Of a stretch of 64,000 nt of DNA, positions 1-13,390 are shown in pieces. The stretch is taken from the NCBI GenBank assembly GCA_028534125.1, contig CM052816.1, positions 69,752,001 through 69,816,000 of the forward strand, in the 5' to 3' direction. Made by a program: the position numbers and the translations under genes. The notes beneath the pieces were generated by a model. It was not told where the DNA came from. It worked only from the letters and a program-made list of their open reading frames with translations, and did no database searches. Position 1 is the stretch's first letter; each line of letters starts with the position of its first letter. This DNA is from Lama glama (lineage: Eukaryota).

Positions 1-346
1 TTTCAAGCTTTTTTTGAATAGCTGAAATTTCTTTATAATTTGTTTTTATAAGTGTAGGCTCACTTAGTAAACTGTAAGTTATTGGTATATTTCCTTGGCT
101 CCACCCATGTTAACTGGGTTTTTGTTATCAATTTTGTATTTTAATCAAATAAAACTTACAGCAAAGTTAGCCTGACACACTTGTATGTTCAATCTTGACT
201 CCCTTAAAGTGCCTTCGCTCACAGAAGGCCTTTGGCGAACTCTGGGATTGAGCCCCCCTGTGCCCCTGAGACCTCAGGTCATGCTGTGATCTATAGCATT
301 GGCAACACAGTTTTGAAAAGATCCATTGACTTGCAATTTTGACTTT

Positions 347-600
347 GCCAGCATCTAGCACAGTGTCTGACACATGGCAAACGCTTAATAAATGTTTGTC
401 GAGCTGCTCAGAACATACGTAAGTTATTCACCATCCTCGAACTTCTGTTTCTTCTCATCAGCAAAAATGGGAAGATGAAAACCTGTCCTGCCCATCTCAC
501 ATGGTTCTAGCTGTCACACAGGTGGTCTGTTAAGGGTAGGAACTTTGTCTTACTCTTGGTGTATGCCCGTAGCACCAGGAATAGGGCCTGGAGTCATGCA
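347..600 (+). mobile_element. Degraded L2 3' end / MIR core / L2 fragment cluster
   Basis: 'gcacagtgtctgacacatgg...ttaataaatgtttg' resembles the L2/MIR 3' terminus; 'ttctcatcagcaaaaatggg' resembles the MIR core. Boundaries approximate. Confidence 0.55.
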
Positions 601-1547
601 TCTTTAGCAATTATAATGGAAAGTGATTCGTAAGTGGAAAAGTTCTGGCTTCACAACAGAAATGACCAGGAGGCACAAATGGCAAGCAATTCATTAGCAT
701 CCCTCTTATACCATGAAATTGAACACTCCTAGAGTCAGCCCATTAGTAAGGAAAGAAAAATGAGGCACATCAGTACATTTTCTGAAGGCATTATTTACAA
801 ATTCTCAAACAAGAGAACAACCCAGAGATCTCACTAAATGGGGTGGGGTCGGGGTAGGGTAATATTGAGTTTTGACCCTAATAAAGGAAAGCCATGCTTC
901 TGTGGCCACATCCCTTCCCCAACCCCTTTTGGCAAGTGCTGATGGTGCCCAGTTTGCCTGTCTTCCTTCAGTAATCATTAAAGGGATTACCCTGCATTCA
1001 GTCAGGTCACCCATCGCTCCACCTGCCGTCTTCAGGCCTTGGGGAAAGACGGCAGTATGGCTCAAAAAGTCCTCAAGAAGTAAGCTCTTCTGTTTCTTTA
1101 CAGTTTCCAGCTATTTATTAGTCATTCTTTTTTTGGGGGGGGGTTTCTTCCCCTCTGTTTGAGGGATGATAATGATTATTTCTTTACTGTGTGGCTGTAG
1201 GGATTACATGAGATAAGGAGCATGCAGAACTTCTTATAGGAACCAAAGCATTATTCATATATTATTTGATTTTTTTTTTACCATAGTTATCTCCAGGATG
1301 TAGAAATAGGCAGTAAAACACTTTGATTTCCCTGGGTTATCTAGGAATTTTCAGAAAGGCTGCAGAAAATTTTTCTGCCAAGTCCAATATCCCAGTTGAC
1401 CCTCAAAACTTTTTTTTTTAAGGTAAATACTGGGTAGTACAAATGCTTCTTTTTTTTTTCCCAAGTTACATTTACCTATGATAGAAAATTTTAAGTGTTT
1501 TTCTTACATCTTGTCTTTCCTTCCACCCTGCCTTAAAAAGCATACAT

Positions 1548-1621
1548 ACACCAGAAATTGACACAACATTGTAAACTGACTATACTTCAATAAAAATATA
1601 TTAAAAAAAAAAAAAGAAAAG
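1548..1621 (+). mobile_element. Extremely 5'-truncated young LINE-1 3' end with poly(A)
   Basis: 'acaccagaaattgacacaacattgtaaactgactatacttcaat' plus A tail; the same tail recurs at 28555-28600 and, reversed, at ~29290 and ~60410. TSD AAAAGCATACAT at 1536-1547 and 1622-1633. Confidence 0.85.
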
Positions 1622-2180
1622 AAAAGCATACATCACATAGAATTTGGGGTTAATGAAAAATGCCAAAGGGAGGATGAAGGGAAAATGTATCAGTTTTTCA
1701 GAATATATGATTTGACTTAATCAAATTGCTTTCCTTAACATTTTGCTGTTGCATCAGAAATGCTAATGGGACAGGATTCAAAATGAGGGGGTCACCTTAG
1801 AGATGGAGTCTCTTACAGGAAGGGAGACCTGAGTGGGGTACCACAATAGGGATTTTAAGAGTAGCTGGGAGGCAGGGATGAGGTCAACTAAAAGTATAAG
1901 GGAACTGGCTTTGCTCGTCTTTTGAGATACATTGTTCAGTCTTATCTGCCTGAATGCCCTCCTCTGAGGAGGCCTTTGAGAATTATTGATAAAGTGTGAG
2001 CCCTTGGGAGATAAACCTCTTACAAGTAAACAGAAAGATGAGGAAGTAAAGTTATACACTATTATTCAGAAACCACTCCCTGTCCACCGCCCCACCCCCT
2101 TAAACCACATAATGAAGCTTCAGCAGACTTCATCATTATTCTGGTTTTGTTTCTATTTTTGGTGGGGACTCTTTGGGTCA

Positions 2181-2382
2181 CTGGTTTCCCACTGAAGGCA
2201 GTACTCTTCCTGCCTAGGGGACTTCTGGAAATGCATGGGAATGTTTTGATTATCACCATGACTAGGGAACACTGCTGGCATTTTGTGGAGAAGGGTTAGG
2301 GATGCCAGACAAGGCCAATCCTGCACAGGGAAGAATTACCATATTGCAAATGCCAATAGCATCCCTTTTGAGAAAAACTGAG
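2181..2382. mobile_element. MER20-like hAT DNA transposon relic
   Basis: 'tgttttgattatcaccatgact...actgctggcatt...agggatgcc...caaatgccaatagc...ttgagaaaaactg' follows the MER20 pattern. Confidence 0.7.
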
Positions 2383-3506
2383 CATTTTTGATAAAAACAT
2401 CCTGTTCCTTTGCCATCTTTATTTCACTGATAAGCTGCACTTGAAGATGGGTAATATGCAGCTTTCTTGCTAATTTGAATGTCATCAGCAGAACTCTGCT
2501 TTGACATAGGACACTCAGCAGGTGTGTCTGTGAAAGTACTGAAATATATGAATAATGCGGCATCAAATATTTAAAGTAAATAGTTTTATGTTTTAAAAGG
2601 AAGCAGTATAATCATTTTTAAAACCATTTCTTGTACACCCCTCATGTACCCAGATGTTTATAAATACCATGTGAACTCAATGCAACTGAACACTCACACT
2701 TGAAAAATATTTCCGTTTACTTTTAAAGAGTGGCATCAGTTTAATACCTTTCAAATAGATAATTCCAAGCTTTTTTTACAGCAAGGCAACTGGTATATGG
2801 TTCACAGTTAAATTTGAGTTTTTAAATGCATCTTCATTGTAGGTGGTCTCAGCAAAGTCACTGAAGACATGGCAGGAGTGGGGGATGGTGAGAGAAGAAA
2901 AGACATTTTCATTTTCCTCATGTTAAATGTACATTATCAAGGTTCCAGTTTAAATGTGTCTGAGATAATTGGAGCCCCTAGGAGGTACTTTGCTAAGGGG
3001 CTAATTCTTCCCAGCTTCCCCAGGGAGGATAATTGTTGTTAAAAAACAAAAAAGTAAAATGTGTTGTTTTCTCATGTAATTATGTAACTGACATCTTTAT
3101 ATAATAATACATTTGGGTGGTCTGTCCCTGAAACACTTGGTTTGTTAGGAAACATTACGGTTTCCACAAGTAATCACTTACTCCTAAATATTATGAAAGA
3201 ATTTGGTATTGTTACATTGCATCATTGCATTAGTCAGAAGCTAAACTTTCTAAATGAGCTTGGCACTGGAAAAGGCTTCTAGGTTTTTTGCTATTTTTTT
3301 CTTAAATGCCATTATATGAGTGAAAATATTCCTCAGACAGAATACTATATGACAGAATGTTTAAAAGTAACAAAATACAAATCTTGTTGAAGCAAAGAGT
3401 CAGGGCCCCAGTGCTGCTGTCTTTTCAGTGATTACACTGTGATATCTTTAATGGTGTGTTATTTTTGTCTTTTCAGCACATTTCTCTTGCCCTGTTGGAT
3501 TGGGAG

Positions 3507-3600
3507 TTTTTTGTTTTTGTTTTTTTTTTAATGGAGGTTCTGGGGATTGAACCCAGGACCTCCTGCATGCTAAGCATGCGCTCTACCACTGAGCCCCTCC
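3507..3600 (-). mobile_element. tRNA-Ala-derived SINE (vic-1-like), short form
   Basis: Reverse complement reads GCTCAGTGGTAGAGCGCATGCTTAGCATGCAGGAGGTCCTGGGTTCAATCCCCAG (A box, AGC anticodon arm, B box) followed by an A-rich tail. Confidence 0.9.
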
Positions 3601-4519
3601 TGAACTGGGTTAGTACCTATGAACTTCCTTACCTCAGTGAACCACAAATATCTTGACCATGGACACACTGCCATTAGAATTTAGTTCATTTGAATCCACA
3701 TTGGTAATAAGGCTCTGTGCCTTGCTGATTAAAAAATGCCACACTTTACAAAACTGAGTGGAGTTTTCCCTCTAATTCTGCTCCTCTGGGACTGCAGACT
3801 GCTTTGGTCCTGAGAACACCCATCACTACATCCCAGATTCAACCAGGACCTGACGTTAACTAATCAGGATGACTGATTATTCTACCCAAGGGCATTCTTT
3901 TAAATTACTATTACCTAGGATTGTGTGGGAGGCTTTTGAAAAGTAGCAGAGAGAGGAAAGGAAGGGCACAGACTGATAAAACTCTGAAGAGAGAGGGAAA
4001 CCGAGGACAAAAGCAGGATGAAATGAACATGCAGAAGTTGAAATAGGTAGGGTGATGGTTTGATGTATGGCAGGAGCTTGGTTTCAAAGGTATGAAAGGA
4101 AATTGTGAGATAGCAAAACTAGCATTTCATGATTCAATCAGTGGTTTAGCCTTGGCAACAAATGGAAATAAATAGGCTGTATGCAAAGGAAGGAGGAGGG
4201 TCAACATTTTGGTTCCAGGACTAAAGACTAGGAATGGGATCATTCTGTCATTAGCAACCTCTACTTGTTCTTGCTGGAGAAAAATGTCTGTCAGCTGAAA
4301 TGGAAGATTTCTCCTTAACATTATCCTGAATTAGTGCTTTTAACATCTTTTCCACAAAGCAGTTGACACATTTCATAATCTCTTCATACACAATACCTTC
4401 TAGCTATTATGCCCAAATATGTAACAGCTTACATTTTAGAGAGAGATGGGCCCCCACAATGGCAGATTTCAGTAACCCATTGGTACTCGACACCAGGTTA
4501 TACTACAATACTAAACTTT

Positions 4520-4577
4520 AGGTATGTGAGAAAAACCTGCTATAAAGAAAAGGTATGTGAGAAAAACCTCCTATAAA
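4520..4577 (+). repeat. 31-bp-period tandem duplication
   Basis: AGGTATGTGAGAAAAACCT(G/C)CTATAAA at 4520 and 4551, one mismatch. Confidence 0.9.
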
Positions 4578-4835
4578 CTAAATCAAATCACTGGCCAGAT
4601 ACAAACTGATGGAAGTAAAGCTGAAACTTAATGGTATATTGTCTTTAAATGCTTTTGGGTAGGTATTGTCTTTAAAAATGGGACCTACCTGGGATGGCAG
4701 TGCTTTAACTGGGAACAAGATGCACATAGAAGCAACTACAGATTTCAGCTCTGTGCATGTGTGTATGTTGAGAAGATACTAAATCTTATGACATTCAGTC
4801 ATTTCAGGAAAATGAGACTAGCTGTGGCTCTGAAC

Positions 4836-5394
4836 TTGTGGTTCCCAAACTGTGTGCCAGGGTACCCCATGGTGCCACAGTCAACTCAAGGAATGTTCTA
4901 TGGGTCTTTTTCAGGGGGGTGGTGTATAGAGAGCACAGTGATATTTGACGTCTGTCAGACACCCAGTGACCTACTGGCTGAGGTAGTTCACAGTTTCAGC
5001 GTTAGATGGCGGTACATTCCTTTTGATGATGTCATATTTTTCTAAAGCTGGTTTTTTTGAGATTGAGGTGACAAAAAGTAAGTTCTGTGTATTGGATACA
5101 ATCCGATTCCCAGATTTGAAAGTTGTGCACTGCCCAGTAGGTGTACACACCCTTTAGAAAGTGATCGTGGTTATTTAAGAGTAAAATTAAGATAGACTTT
5201 ATTCCTTTCAATTTATGAGTATTATTTTCTCAAACTGCTGCTGTGTTGTTGGGACATGAGTACTTAGTAGTTGTTTGACTCTAACTACTTAACAAATGAC
5301 CCGGTAAGTATTTCTTTTGGCCTACTGACACTAGGAAAAAATTACTAAAAGACTAAGGGATTCATGAATCAAGAGAATTTGTGAACCTCTGCTC
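4836..5394. mobile_element. hAT-Charlie-type non-autonomous DNA transposon relic
   Basis: Termini 'gtggttcccaaac' and 'tttgtgaacctctg' form degenerate inverted repeats typical of Charlie elements. Subfamily not determined. Confidence 0.65.
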
Positions 5395-6839
5395 AACTGC
5401 AAAACATTACTCAGTTTCTTGGAGTTGAAACAAATATGTCTGCAGCAGATTTTCTACACAGAAGCACAAGTTCCTGCCTTTGCCCTATCCATCCCCACCT
5501 GACCAGTGGTGAGCTACAAAGCCGGGAGATTCATACCCCTTCACTTCAATTCCTTTTAAATCACCTGTCAAAAAGCAAATAGGGACCCTAGGCCCCAGAT
5601 CTCCTTCTGTTTAGATCTGATAGGATCTATATTCCCTACCAAGTAGAACAAATGAGTTCCTAAATTTTGACTGTAAAATACATTTGAGTAAATTTAATTA
5701 TGTATTCCCATGGCTTCCATTTCAAAAATGGAGTTTTTTATTTTGGGAGTGGGGTGGGGGTGAAAGGAATTAGTCCCCAAGTCTATTAAAAGTTACACTT
5801 AAAAAAAGGAAATAATTTAAAGTATATATTCAAAGGGAAAAAAAGGATTTTGTTTGTTAAAAAGTGGTTCAAAATAAGCCACCAAAATGAAGCATATCAT
5901 TGCAAAATAAAACCAAAATACTGATGCAGCGTATAAATTAAAGGTGCTTTTTCAACTCATAAAATAATTTTTTATTTGCAAAAACATTCATGACAGGGTT
6001 CCTTGTGATATGAGCCTCCCCAGGGCTTTTGAAGTATGATTCAATTTTTTCAAATTCTATTTGTACGCAATTTTTTCAGAAACAAAATTTTGCTTTTAAA
6101 CAAGGTGCATCTGTTTCCCAAAAATGCTTTCCCATGGAGCTGTGTGTAGAAGGGTTATACTGCATCTGGAGATCACACTCAGCTCAAATCAAGATTCTCT
6201 TTGAACACACCAAGCTTAGGAGCTAAGCTGTCTTGGCTGCTTGCTCGTGTTTGATCCTGTTGGGAATGAGGCTAATTGTTGAAGAATTTATGTCCTGGTA
6301 AAGCTGTTAGCACTGTAAATTGATTTGGTATTTTTAAAAACTTATTTAAAACTTATTTATACTGAGGAACTTGGCTTCTCATGAGCTAAAAACTTTGTGT
6401 GTCTAGATTTCACCTGGCTTATTATCTGCACAGAAAATGTACCCTAAAAGCATCCTCTTACATCGTGATTGCACAGTTTTAAGTATTGTCTTTTCAGCAG
6501 GGTATATCTGTATCTGTGCTTTCTTTAAAACCATCTCCTGCCTCCCAACATACTCATTACTGCCCGGTTTGTTCCTAATGTATTCTTCCAAAACCAAATG
6601 CCCTTAAAAATGTTTACATTTAAAGTGCCTTTTGCACAAGCATTTGACAATTCTTTATAAACATTACTTAATTCACATTTTTTCCTTCTCAAAATACTGT
6701 TTTTGCTCCTTGGGCATTGTGTACCTGTCTTCCTACAGAGACAAGTTATTGTTGGTTTCTCAGGAGCAGAGAATCAAGCCATGCACAGCTTTGTAAACTC
6801 TATATTGTTTATCATCAAGCTTTGCAATCAGTAAGGAAT

Positions 6840-6841
<2 letters not shown>

Positions 6842-6876
<35 letters not shown>
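6842..6876 (+). repeat. (AC)n microsatellite
   Basis: Perfect AC run of about 17 units. Confidence 0.97.
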
Positions 6877-6879
<3 letters not shown>

Positions 6880-7139
6880 CCTCAGTAAGGGTTTGTTTAG
6901 GATGGAGATGTTACAGTTTACATATTTCAATAGTGGGTAGAGAGATCTAAATATTCTAGAAGACTATCTCATGCTTAGTTTGAACTTTGATTCAACATTC
7001 TGAGAGGTGCCTTGGGTGAATCTTTTTTGTAAATGAAAAAATCTGAAATCCGAAGAAATGCCATGTAGTCCCTTGTAGGCTAACCATACCTTCTATTTGG
7101 CGAGAAGTACATGTAACACATGATCATGGATTCGCTTGA

Positions 7140-7345
7140 GTGTGTTCTATTAACTGAGTGTCTGTTATGTGCAAGATAATTTAGAAACATCTTTCATTCT
7201 TCAATAGTTCTGCAGGGTATGTTTTATTTCCCCCATTTTATAAGGAAGAATAATGAGAACCAGGGATGTTAAGTGCTTTGCCTGGTGCATGGTAGAACCA
7301 GAATTCCAGCCCAGGTCTGACTGACTGCATAGTCTGGGCTCTGTT
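7140..7345 (-). mobile_element. MIR SINE
   Basis: 'ccccattttataaggaagaataatgag...gttaagtgctttgcc...cccaggtctgactgact' is the reverse MIR core. Confidence 0.7.
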
Positions 7346-7959
7346 TCATTTATCAATTCCTCTTCCCAGATCCTGTTAGAGCCACAGGGGCATCTAAAGG
7401 TTATCTAGCCCATCAGCCTTGCAGACGAGCAAACTAAAACCTAGGCAAGTAGCTTGTGCAAGGTCACCTTGTGTTCCATTCTTGTTGATCCCTCAGGATA
7501 ACCTTGAAACATGCTCCATCCTCGTTTCCTATTTATCTCAGCTGATTGGAGCCTTTCAAAAATTCACCACTCCTCCCAAAGGTGGAGATATCAACCATTC
7601 TGCTTGGTAGTATTTCTGGAATTGTAGGGAACTCATCTACGAAGCAGCACCTCAGGGCTGGCATTGGGGTGCTCTCCCCCTCTTTATCCTTCATGGCTTC
7701 TCTTCTTCAGCTGACCTTCACTTTGTGTCCATGCTACAGTCTACCATTAAAATCCAGACACAGTTAGATGGTATGCTATAAAACTGTCTCTAGGAGATTA
7801 TCCTGTTCATTTTAGGCATGTAAAATGTGTCCCTTTAATAAATTTAAAATCTTTGTTCAATGTCACATTTGTAAGTTACCACCAAGTAAATATTAAATGA
7901 TCAGCTCCTTCTTTTTTTCCTGCCCCTGATGATGTATATTCCTGGTCTTTTATTAGCTA

Positions 7960-8130
7960 ATATTCCTTGAGCAACCATCATGCATCAAGCACTACAATAA
8001 AGCAGCTCAAAACTCCACTCATTTAATTATTCTAAGAACCTTTAGTGGCAGCTATTATGTCTTCAGTTTTAGAGCTGAAAAAAACTTAGGATCAGAGAGG
8101 TTAAATAATTTCTGAAAGGACGCAGAGCTC
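7960..8130 (-). mobile_element. MIR SINE
   Basis: 'ctcatttaattattctaagaacc...ttttagagctgaaaaaaactt...cagagaggttaaataatt'. Confidence 0.65.
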
Positions 8131-8375
8131 TCTTCTGAATGGGAGGAAACAACTTTAGCCACCTTTGAGGCATCTTTCTTCTTTAAAGATTCATTAGCCA
8201 CAAAATCTTTAACCTCTCCTTCTTACTCTCTTTAATGATTTTAAGATGCTCAAAAAGATCCAGAAGATGTGAGTGGGTTCTCAAAAGGCCAGTGAAAAAA
8301 TTCTGGGGCTGGGAGCCCAATCAAAAGCTTAGAAGCATTGGCTCTGGAAGGAAGATGAGGTATGTGTGTGGTGAG

Positions 8376-8377
8376 GT

Positions 8378-8409
<32 letters not shown>

Positions 8410-8429
8410 CTGTCTGTCTGTCTGTCTGT
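8376..8429 (+). repeat. Compound (GT)n(CTGT)n microsatellite
   Basis: Seen directly. Confidence 0.95.
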
Positions 8430-9121
8430 TCCTCAAGTTGGAGAGAAGAAAAAGTCTATATCTACATGAAGAGAAGATGGGGCTACAAGGAGCTTACACC
8501 AGATGGACTTAATTAAAAATTTGTCAGCCTGGCAACATAGTTTTGGAAGCAGTTAAATATCCATTTCTACATTTACAATTTTACACATCATCTCTAGTAT
8601 AGTTCATTTTTAACCTACCTTCTAGGAAAAGGATGATCCTTTTATATCTTGGACCATATCTTGAAATTATGTCATTCCAGCTTAAATACCTCGGAACTGC
8701 TTCCCAATGCCCGTTCTTAGTTCCCATCCTCTGTCCCTGAAACCTTGGCCATTCCAATTCTTTCACTAATTTCTATTGTACCGTCCTCTCCCTTCTCATC
8801 TTGTCTTTCTTTAATCTAGTTGCTCTTTCTCCCTCTTATTTTGCATGAACATTCTCCTCACTATGGGCTGTTCCTCAGCTAGGGGCCCCAGTTCTCTTCC
8901 TGTTTTTTTCCTTCAGACTTTGAAAAGTCTTCCACTTTCATGACAAAGTTTATTGTCTCTATGTTCTTAATTTATGGTGGTATCATCAGCTCTAGCCCCT
9001 CAACTGTACCCCTAAACTTGTTCTGAATATGTGTAGCCCATCTCAGTTTAGCCCTTGTAGCAATATTTGTCAGGCTTAAATGTATATGTGAATCGTCTGG
9101 TGATCTCATTAAAATAAAGGC

Positions 9122-9211
9122 TTTTTTTTTTTTGATGGAAGTACTGGGGATTGAACCCAGGACCTCATGCACGCTAACATGCATTCTACCACTGAGCTAT
9201 TACCCTCCCCC
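9122..9211 (-). mobile_element. tRNA-Ala-derived SINE (vic-1-like), short form
   Basis: Poly(T) followed by 'gtactggggattgaacccaggacctcatgc...ctaccactgagctattaccctcccc'. Confidence 0.9.
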
Positions 9212-9436
9212 TGATTTGCAGATACTAACTACTATATATAAAATAGGTATACGACAGGTTTCTTCTGTACAGCATAGGTAACTATATTCAATACCTTGTA
9301 GTAACCAATAATGAAAAAGAATATGAAAACAAATACATGTACATATTCATATAACTGAAACATTATGCTGTACAGTGTACACAGGAATTGCACACTGTCA
9401 CTGACTATACTTAAATTAAAAAAAAGAAAAGAAAGA
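9212..9436 (+). mobile_element. LINE-1 3' UTR fragment with A-rich tail
   Basis: 'gcagatactaactactatatataaaatag...ctgtacagcatagg..aactatattcaata...ctgactatactt' plus A tail; homologous to the other L1 tails in the window. Confidence 0.85.
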
Positions 9437-9552
9437 ATAGACTCTGATGCAGGAGGTCTGGGCAGGTCCTGAGATGCCCTGTTTCTAACACAGCTCTATT
9501 GGCAAGGGATGCAAGTGCTGTTGATCCCAGGGCCACACTTAGAGCAGCAAGG
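9437..9552. mobile_element. MER5-like hAT relic (right part; left part ~9075-9120)
   Basis: 'gaatcgtctggtgatctcattaaaat' ... 'ctctgatgcaggaggtctggg...tttctaaca...gccacacttagagcagca' follows the MER5 layout, split by the SINE/L1 insert. Confidence 0.65.
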
Positions 9553-10234
9553 TCGCGCTTATGTCTGGACATGACCACAGGGCTGGTTCCATTCCTAGCT
9601 TCTCCATTAGCATCCCAGAACTCCAAGGTCTACCTTTTCCATGAAGCCCTTCTAAATTATAAGAACTGAAACACAAAATTCGCACGTATTAGTCTGTTAG
9701 TCTATAGCCCCCAATTCAGATTTAATTATGTACTTTCTTATTCATTATTGGTTCTCAAATCTCAATCCTGTCTTTCTGTTAATGTGTGAGTTTAGGCAGG
9801 AACACAAGTCTAGCCAAAGGAAAATCAGCAAATAATCATTGAAGTAGTCCTTTGGATAACTCGCTGTATATTTTTTCCTTTTGTGTTCTCCACAACACCC
9901 AGCATTGAATTTAGACGACCCTTAATACCATCTCTTTGTTTATGATGGTCTCTCCTTTTGTTCCTAATATTCCTGCCCATGGAGACTCAGCTCCCATGAA
10001 TTCGGGCTCTGTAAGGCTTACCCACTCCAGGACCTGAAATAGAACTTGAACTTGGTACATAGTAGATGTCTTTTTTTTTAGTGACCAAATGATTGAATAA
10101 AAATGGTAAAGTTCAAATTCCATCTCTCTAAAGCTGTCCCTTCATCACCCCAAGTAAAAACAACCACTCCCTCTTCAAAACTCTCATAAGGACTTTGTGT
10201 TCCTCATGTAAACCATCATCATTTCTGAAAGAGT

Positions 10235-10360
10235 CGTCAGAGACCACCTGCCTCAGAGCCCTCTGGCGTGCTTGATAAAATGCAGATCCCTAGGCTCCAC
10301 TCCAGACCTGTGGAATCAGACACTCTGGAGTGGGCCTGGCAGTGCACAGCTTTAGCACTG
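10235..10360. mobile_element. MER5A-like hAT relic
   Basis: 'tgcttgataaaatgcagatccctaggctccactccagacc...gaatcagacactctgg'. Confidence 0.75.
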
Positions 10361-13300
10361 ATTGTAACACACACCTCTCATCCAAGCTCTCAGCTTTGTT
10401 GGAATTGTTCATGAAAAGCAAAGTAACAAAAGATTGTCGAAACAGAAAGAAAAATAAATGTTCTCTCCCCAAATAATTATCAATTACCTTTTGGGTTATT
10501 TTTGCTGGTTTTCATTTTCTCTCTAGCAGTATCACGTTTTTTCCAAAACCTTGCCTCAGGCCATTTGAAAGTTGAAGTCATGACTCCTTGTGAGAATTTC
10601 AGAAGATAGTTAGACCCCCTCCCCCACCAAATAATTATTCAAGGTAAAAATACATGTTTTAGAGCTGGGGTTGTAAGAAGGTGGGTACTCTATTCTTTTT
10701 ATTTCGAACTTCTGGAAGAATTATAAATGAGGGGAGAGGAAAAAGAAAGCACTGGCAAACTGGATGAGGACATGTGTTCTCTTAGTTCTGCGGTTACTGG
10801 GGATTAGTGGTAAAGAAATCCAAAGGCTAGTCACACTGGGGGTCATCCCCAAGGCACAATGGAGAATTCCTGCGACAGATACAGGGACTGCCTTTGAGTC
10901 TCCAAAGAGGAGAAATTGAAGTCTGAGGTCCTTTGGATTTGAGGATGACATATTAAAGATCTTGTTGAGTAAATGGGGACATCATTTAAACCAGTTACTC
11001 TACTTTTGTGTATGTTTGAAAATGCCATAAAAAGAATGACCTAAGCCTAGTCGAATTGGAGATGGGGGCAGGCATGGCTGTGGGGGCGAGGATGTGGGGA
11101 AGACCTGCTGTTCTTGGAGGAGGGGAGTGGTGGAGAGGGTTGATTCATGCAGCATTGGGAGCACCCTTGGAATTGTGAGGGCGATACTTGCACATCACCC
11201 GCTGTCTGTGTAAACAGTTGGGTCAAAATCTGGCTACATAGTTGTTCCGGTCCTGCCAATAACTTGGATAGGACGCTTTTTACAGAAATGAATAGAAAGC
11301 CCCATATTTAAAAGGCAATTTCCTTAAGTAGGTCCTGCTATAAAGGAAGCTGGATTTTACATGTGTGAGGAAAATTTGGCAGAATAAGTGGCCAGAATTA
11401 AAGGTCAAAGGAAGTGGCCCAGCTCCGAGTTCAGTCCTTTCCAATTCTGAATTTTGCAAAGATTGCAAGAGTCACTTAGTGAAGAAATAAGTGTTTAGGA
11501 GGGTTTGGCTGATGGTCTAAATATGTTTTCTCAGTAAATTGAAGGCAGAATAGTCTAACAGTGGCAAAGAGAAAAAGTTATACATTAATATGTAGGAAAA
11601 TAATCCCAGCTAAAAGGTAGGTAGAGTTGTGCATTTAGCTGGAAATGAAATGGAAATGGGAAAAGGCCAATTAACCCATGGTAGCTATGTGGAATAATTA
11701 CAAGGAAGGTGATACACTGACCTCAAAAAAAAAAAATTGAAAGTGATGGTGGTTGAAGATGATAATGTTAATTGTGGAAAAGTGGGAGGAGGGATCCAAA
11801 AAGACCACTGTATTGACTAAATAGGCTTTGGGGCCTCAAGAGAGTTTTGTTGGTACCATTATTCTTGAGCCTGCTGACCTGACTTGAGTGATGCCTCTCC
11901 AGGACAAAGGCCCAAAGAGGTGTTTACAGAAGAAGAGAGAAGGAGAAAAGGGAGGAAGCCAGCAAGGGGGATGGAGGGAAAAGAGACCCAGAGTTGATCT
12001 TTGTCAAGTACGACCACACCAGGAATAGTTTGTTCAGTGTGAGCAGCTCGATTCCAGATGTGGAACAGCTGGAGAGAGTTCAGAGCACTCTCAGCAAGCA
12101 GAGAATTAGAACGAACAAAGAACTGGAAAGCATATAAAAGACAGCAGGCTTTGAGGATGAAGTCCGTGATATGAGCCCTTTTGCTAGCTTTTATTGCCAG
12201 GCTAGGAAGTATCAGAAGTCCTTTTCTATGTAGTTCAGTTTTCTCTTGAAATCCAAGGCAGTCATTCTTTAAATATACGAGGGCTTGCAGACAGACAGGA
12301 AGGAGAATTTGTGTATATAAGGGACATTCAATAGTCTGGGAAGACCCAGAGCTTTAGAGTGAGATAAAGAGCAGTGGGGATAAGGAGGGTGTAGGTGAAA
12401 CAGCAGGGAGACAACTGTCGGAGTGTGAGCTCTTCAAATTATAGAACAGCCTATGGTGCAAGTGTTAGCAGTTCCATCCTTGGAGGCAAATAAAAAGTGT
12501 GCTGAATTGGTCCTAGAAGTTTTATTGTTGGGAATCCTCCTGAGTCTGGCAGGGAGCTGTGTGAGATTACCTAATGAGTCTCTTCGGTCTGTTTTCTGTG
12601 ATTCATCCTCTTTAGCCTACAGCAGTCCATGGTTGAGTCACTGCTGAATGCAGATATCTCATTAAAAGGGGGAATTAATGGCTATTAAAAATGACTTGCT
12701 GCTGGTCCTAGATTAAAGAAGGTGGACCAGTTTATAATTACAGTTGCCCTGGTCCAAAGTAAAATGCAAATTGTCAAAGTGGGGCCATTGTAGGGAAATA
12801 GGAGTGAACCAGAGCACACCTCCTGGCATTCTTTTGAGAAAGGAACCCTGAGAGTGAAATTTCTGGGACACTGATTTAAGCAGCCTCCCTTCACCTGCTG
12901 TGGGGACCAGAGTCCTCAAACTGAACACTTCAGAAGTTTTTGTAAATCAAAGGCATAAATTGGGAGTGCGGAGCTAGACAGTGAGTTTTCTGTGTTCCAT
13001 TAAGATACAGATGGATTTAGTCAGTTAATGATTTTTTTAAAGAACATTTATTTTGTGAACATATACAAATAGGCACCCTGATAACTCAAGGTAGGTATAG
13101 AAGTTTCCCTGTGAACCTAAAAACTGCATAAACAACAATGAATTACCAAATGGTCATAGAAGATTCTATCTTAACAAACACTACATCGTCCACTGCATGG
13201 TATATACCATGCTTAGTGCAAACCGAGATAAATAGAAACATGGACGGAGCATGTTTCAAGGCTTTCCCGAGGTGTCAACAAGAACTGAACACACAGTGAC

Positions 13301-13390
13301 CCTGCACAAGTTACTTGTCTGAGTTTTAGTTTGCTCATCTGCAAGGTTGATGGGCTAGGTAACTGGCGGTTTACATAAGAAGAAACTAGT

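Noticed and set aside
1023..1055. Perfect 10-bp hairpin CTGCCGTCTT...AAGACGGCAG
   Set aside because: Too short for a pre-miRNA; about one such stem is expected by chance in 64 kb.
4520..4577. Direct repeats as a CRISPR-like array
   Set aside because: Only two adjacent units with no spacer, in mammalian DNA; a simple tandem duplication.
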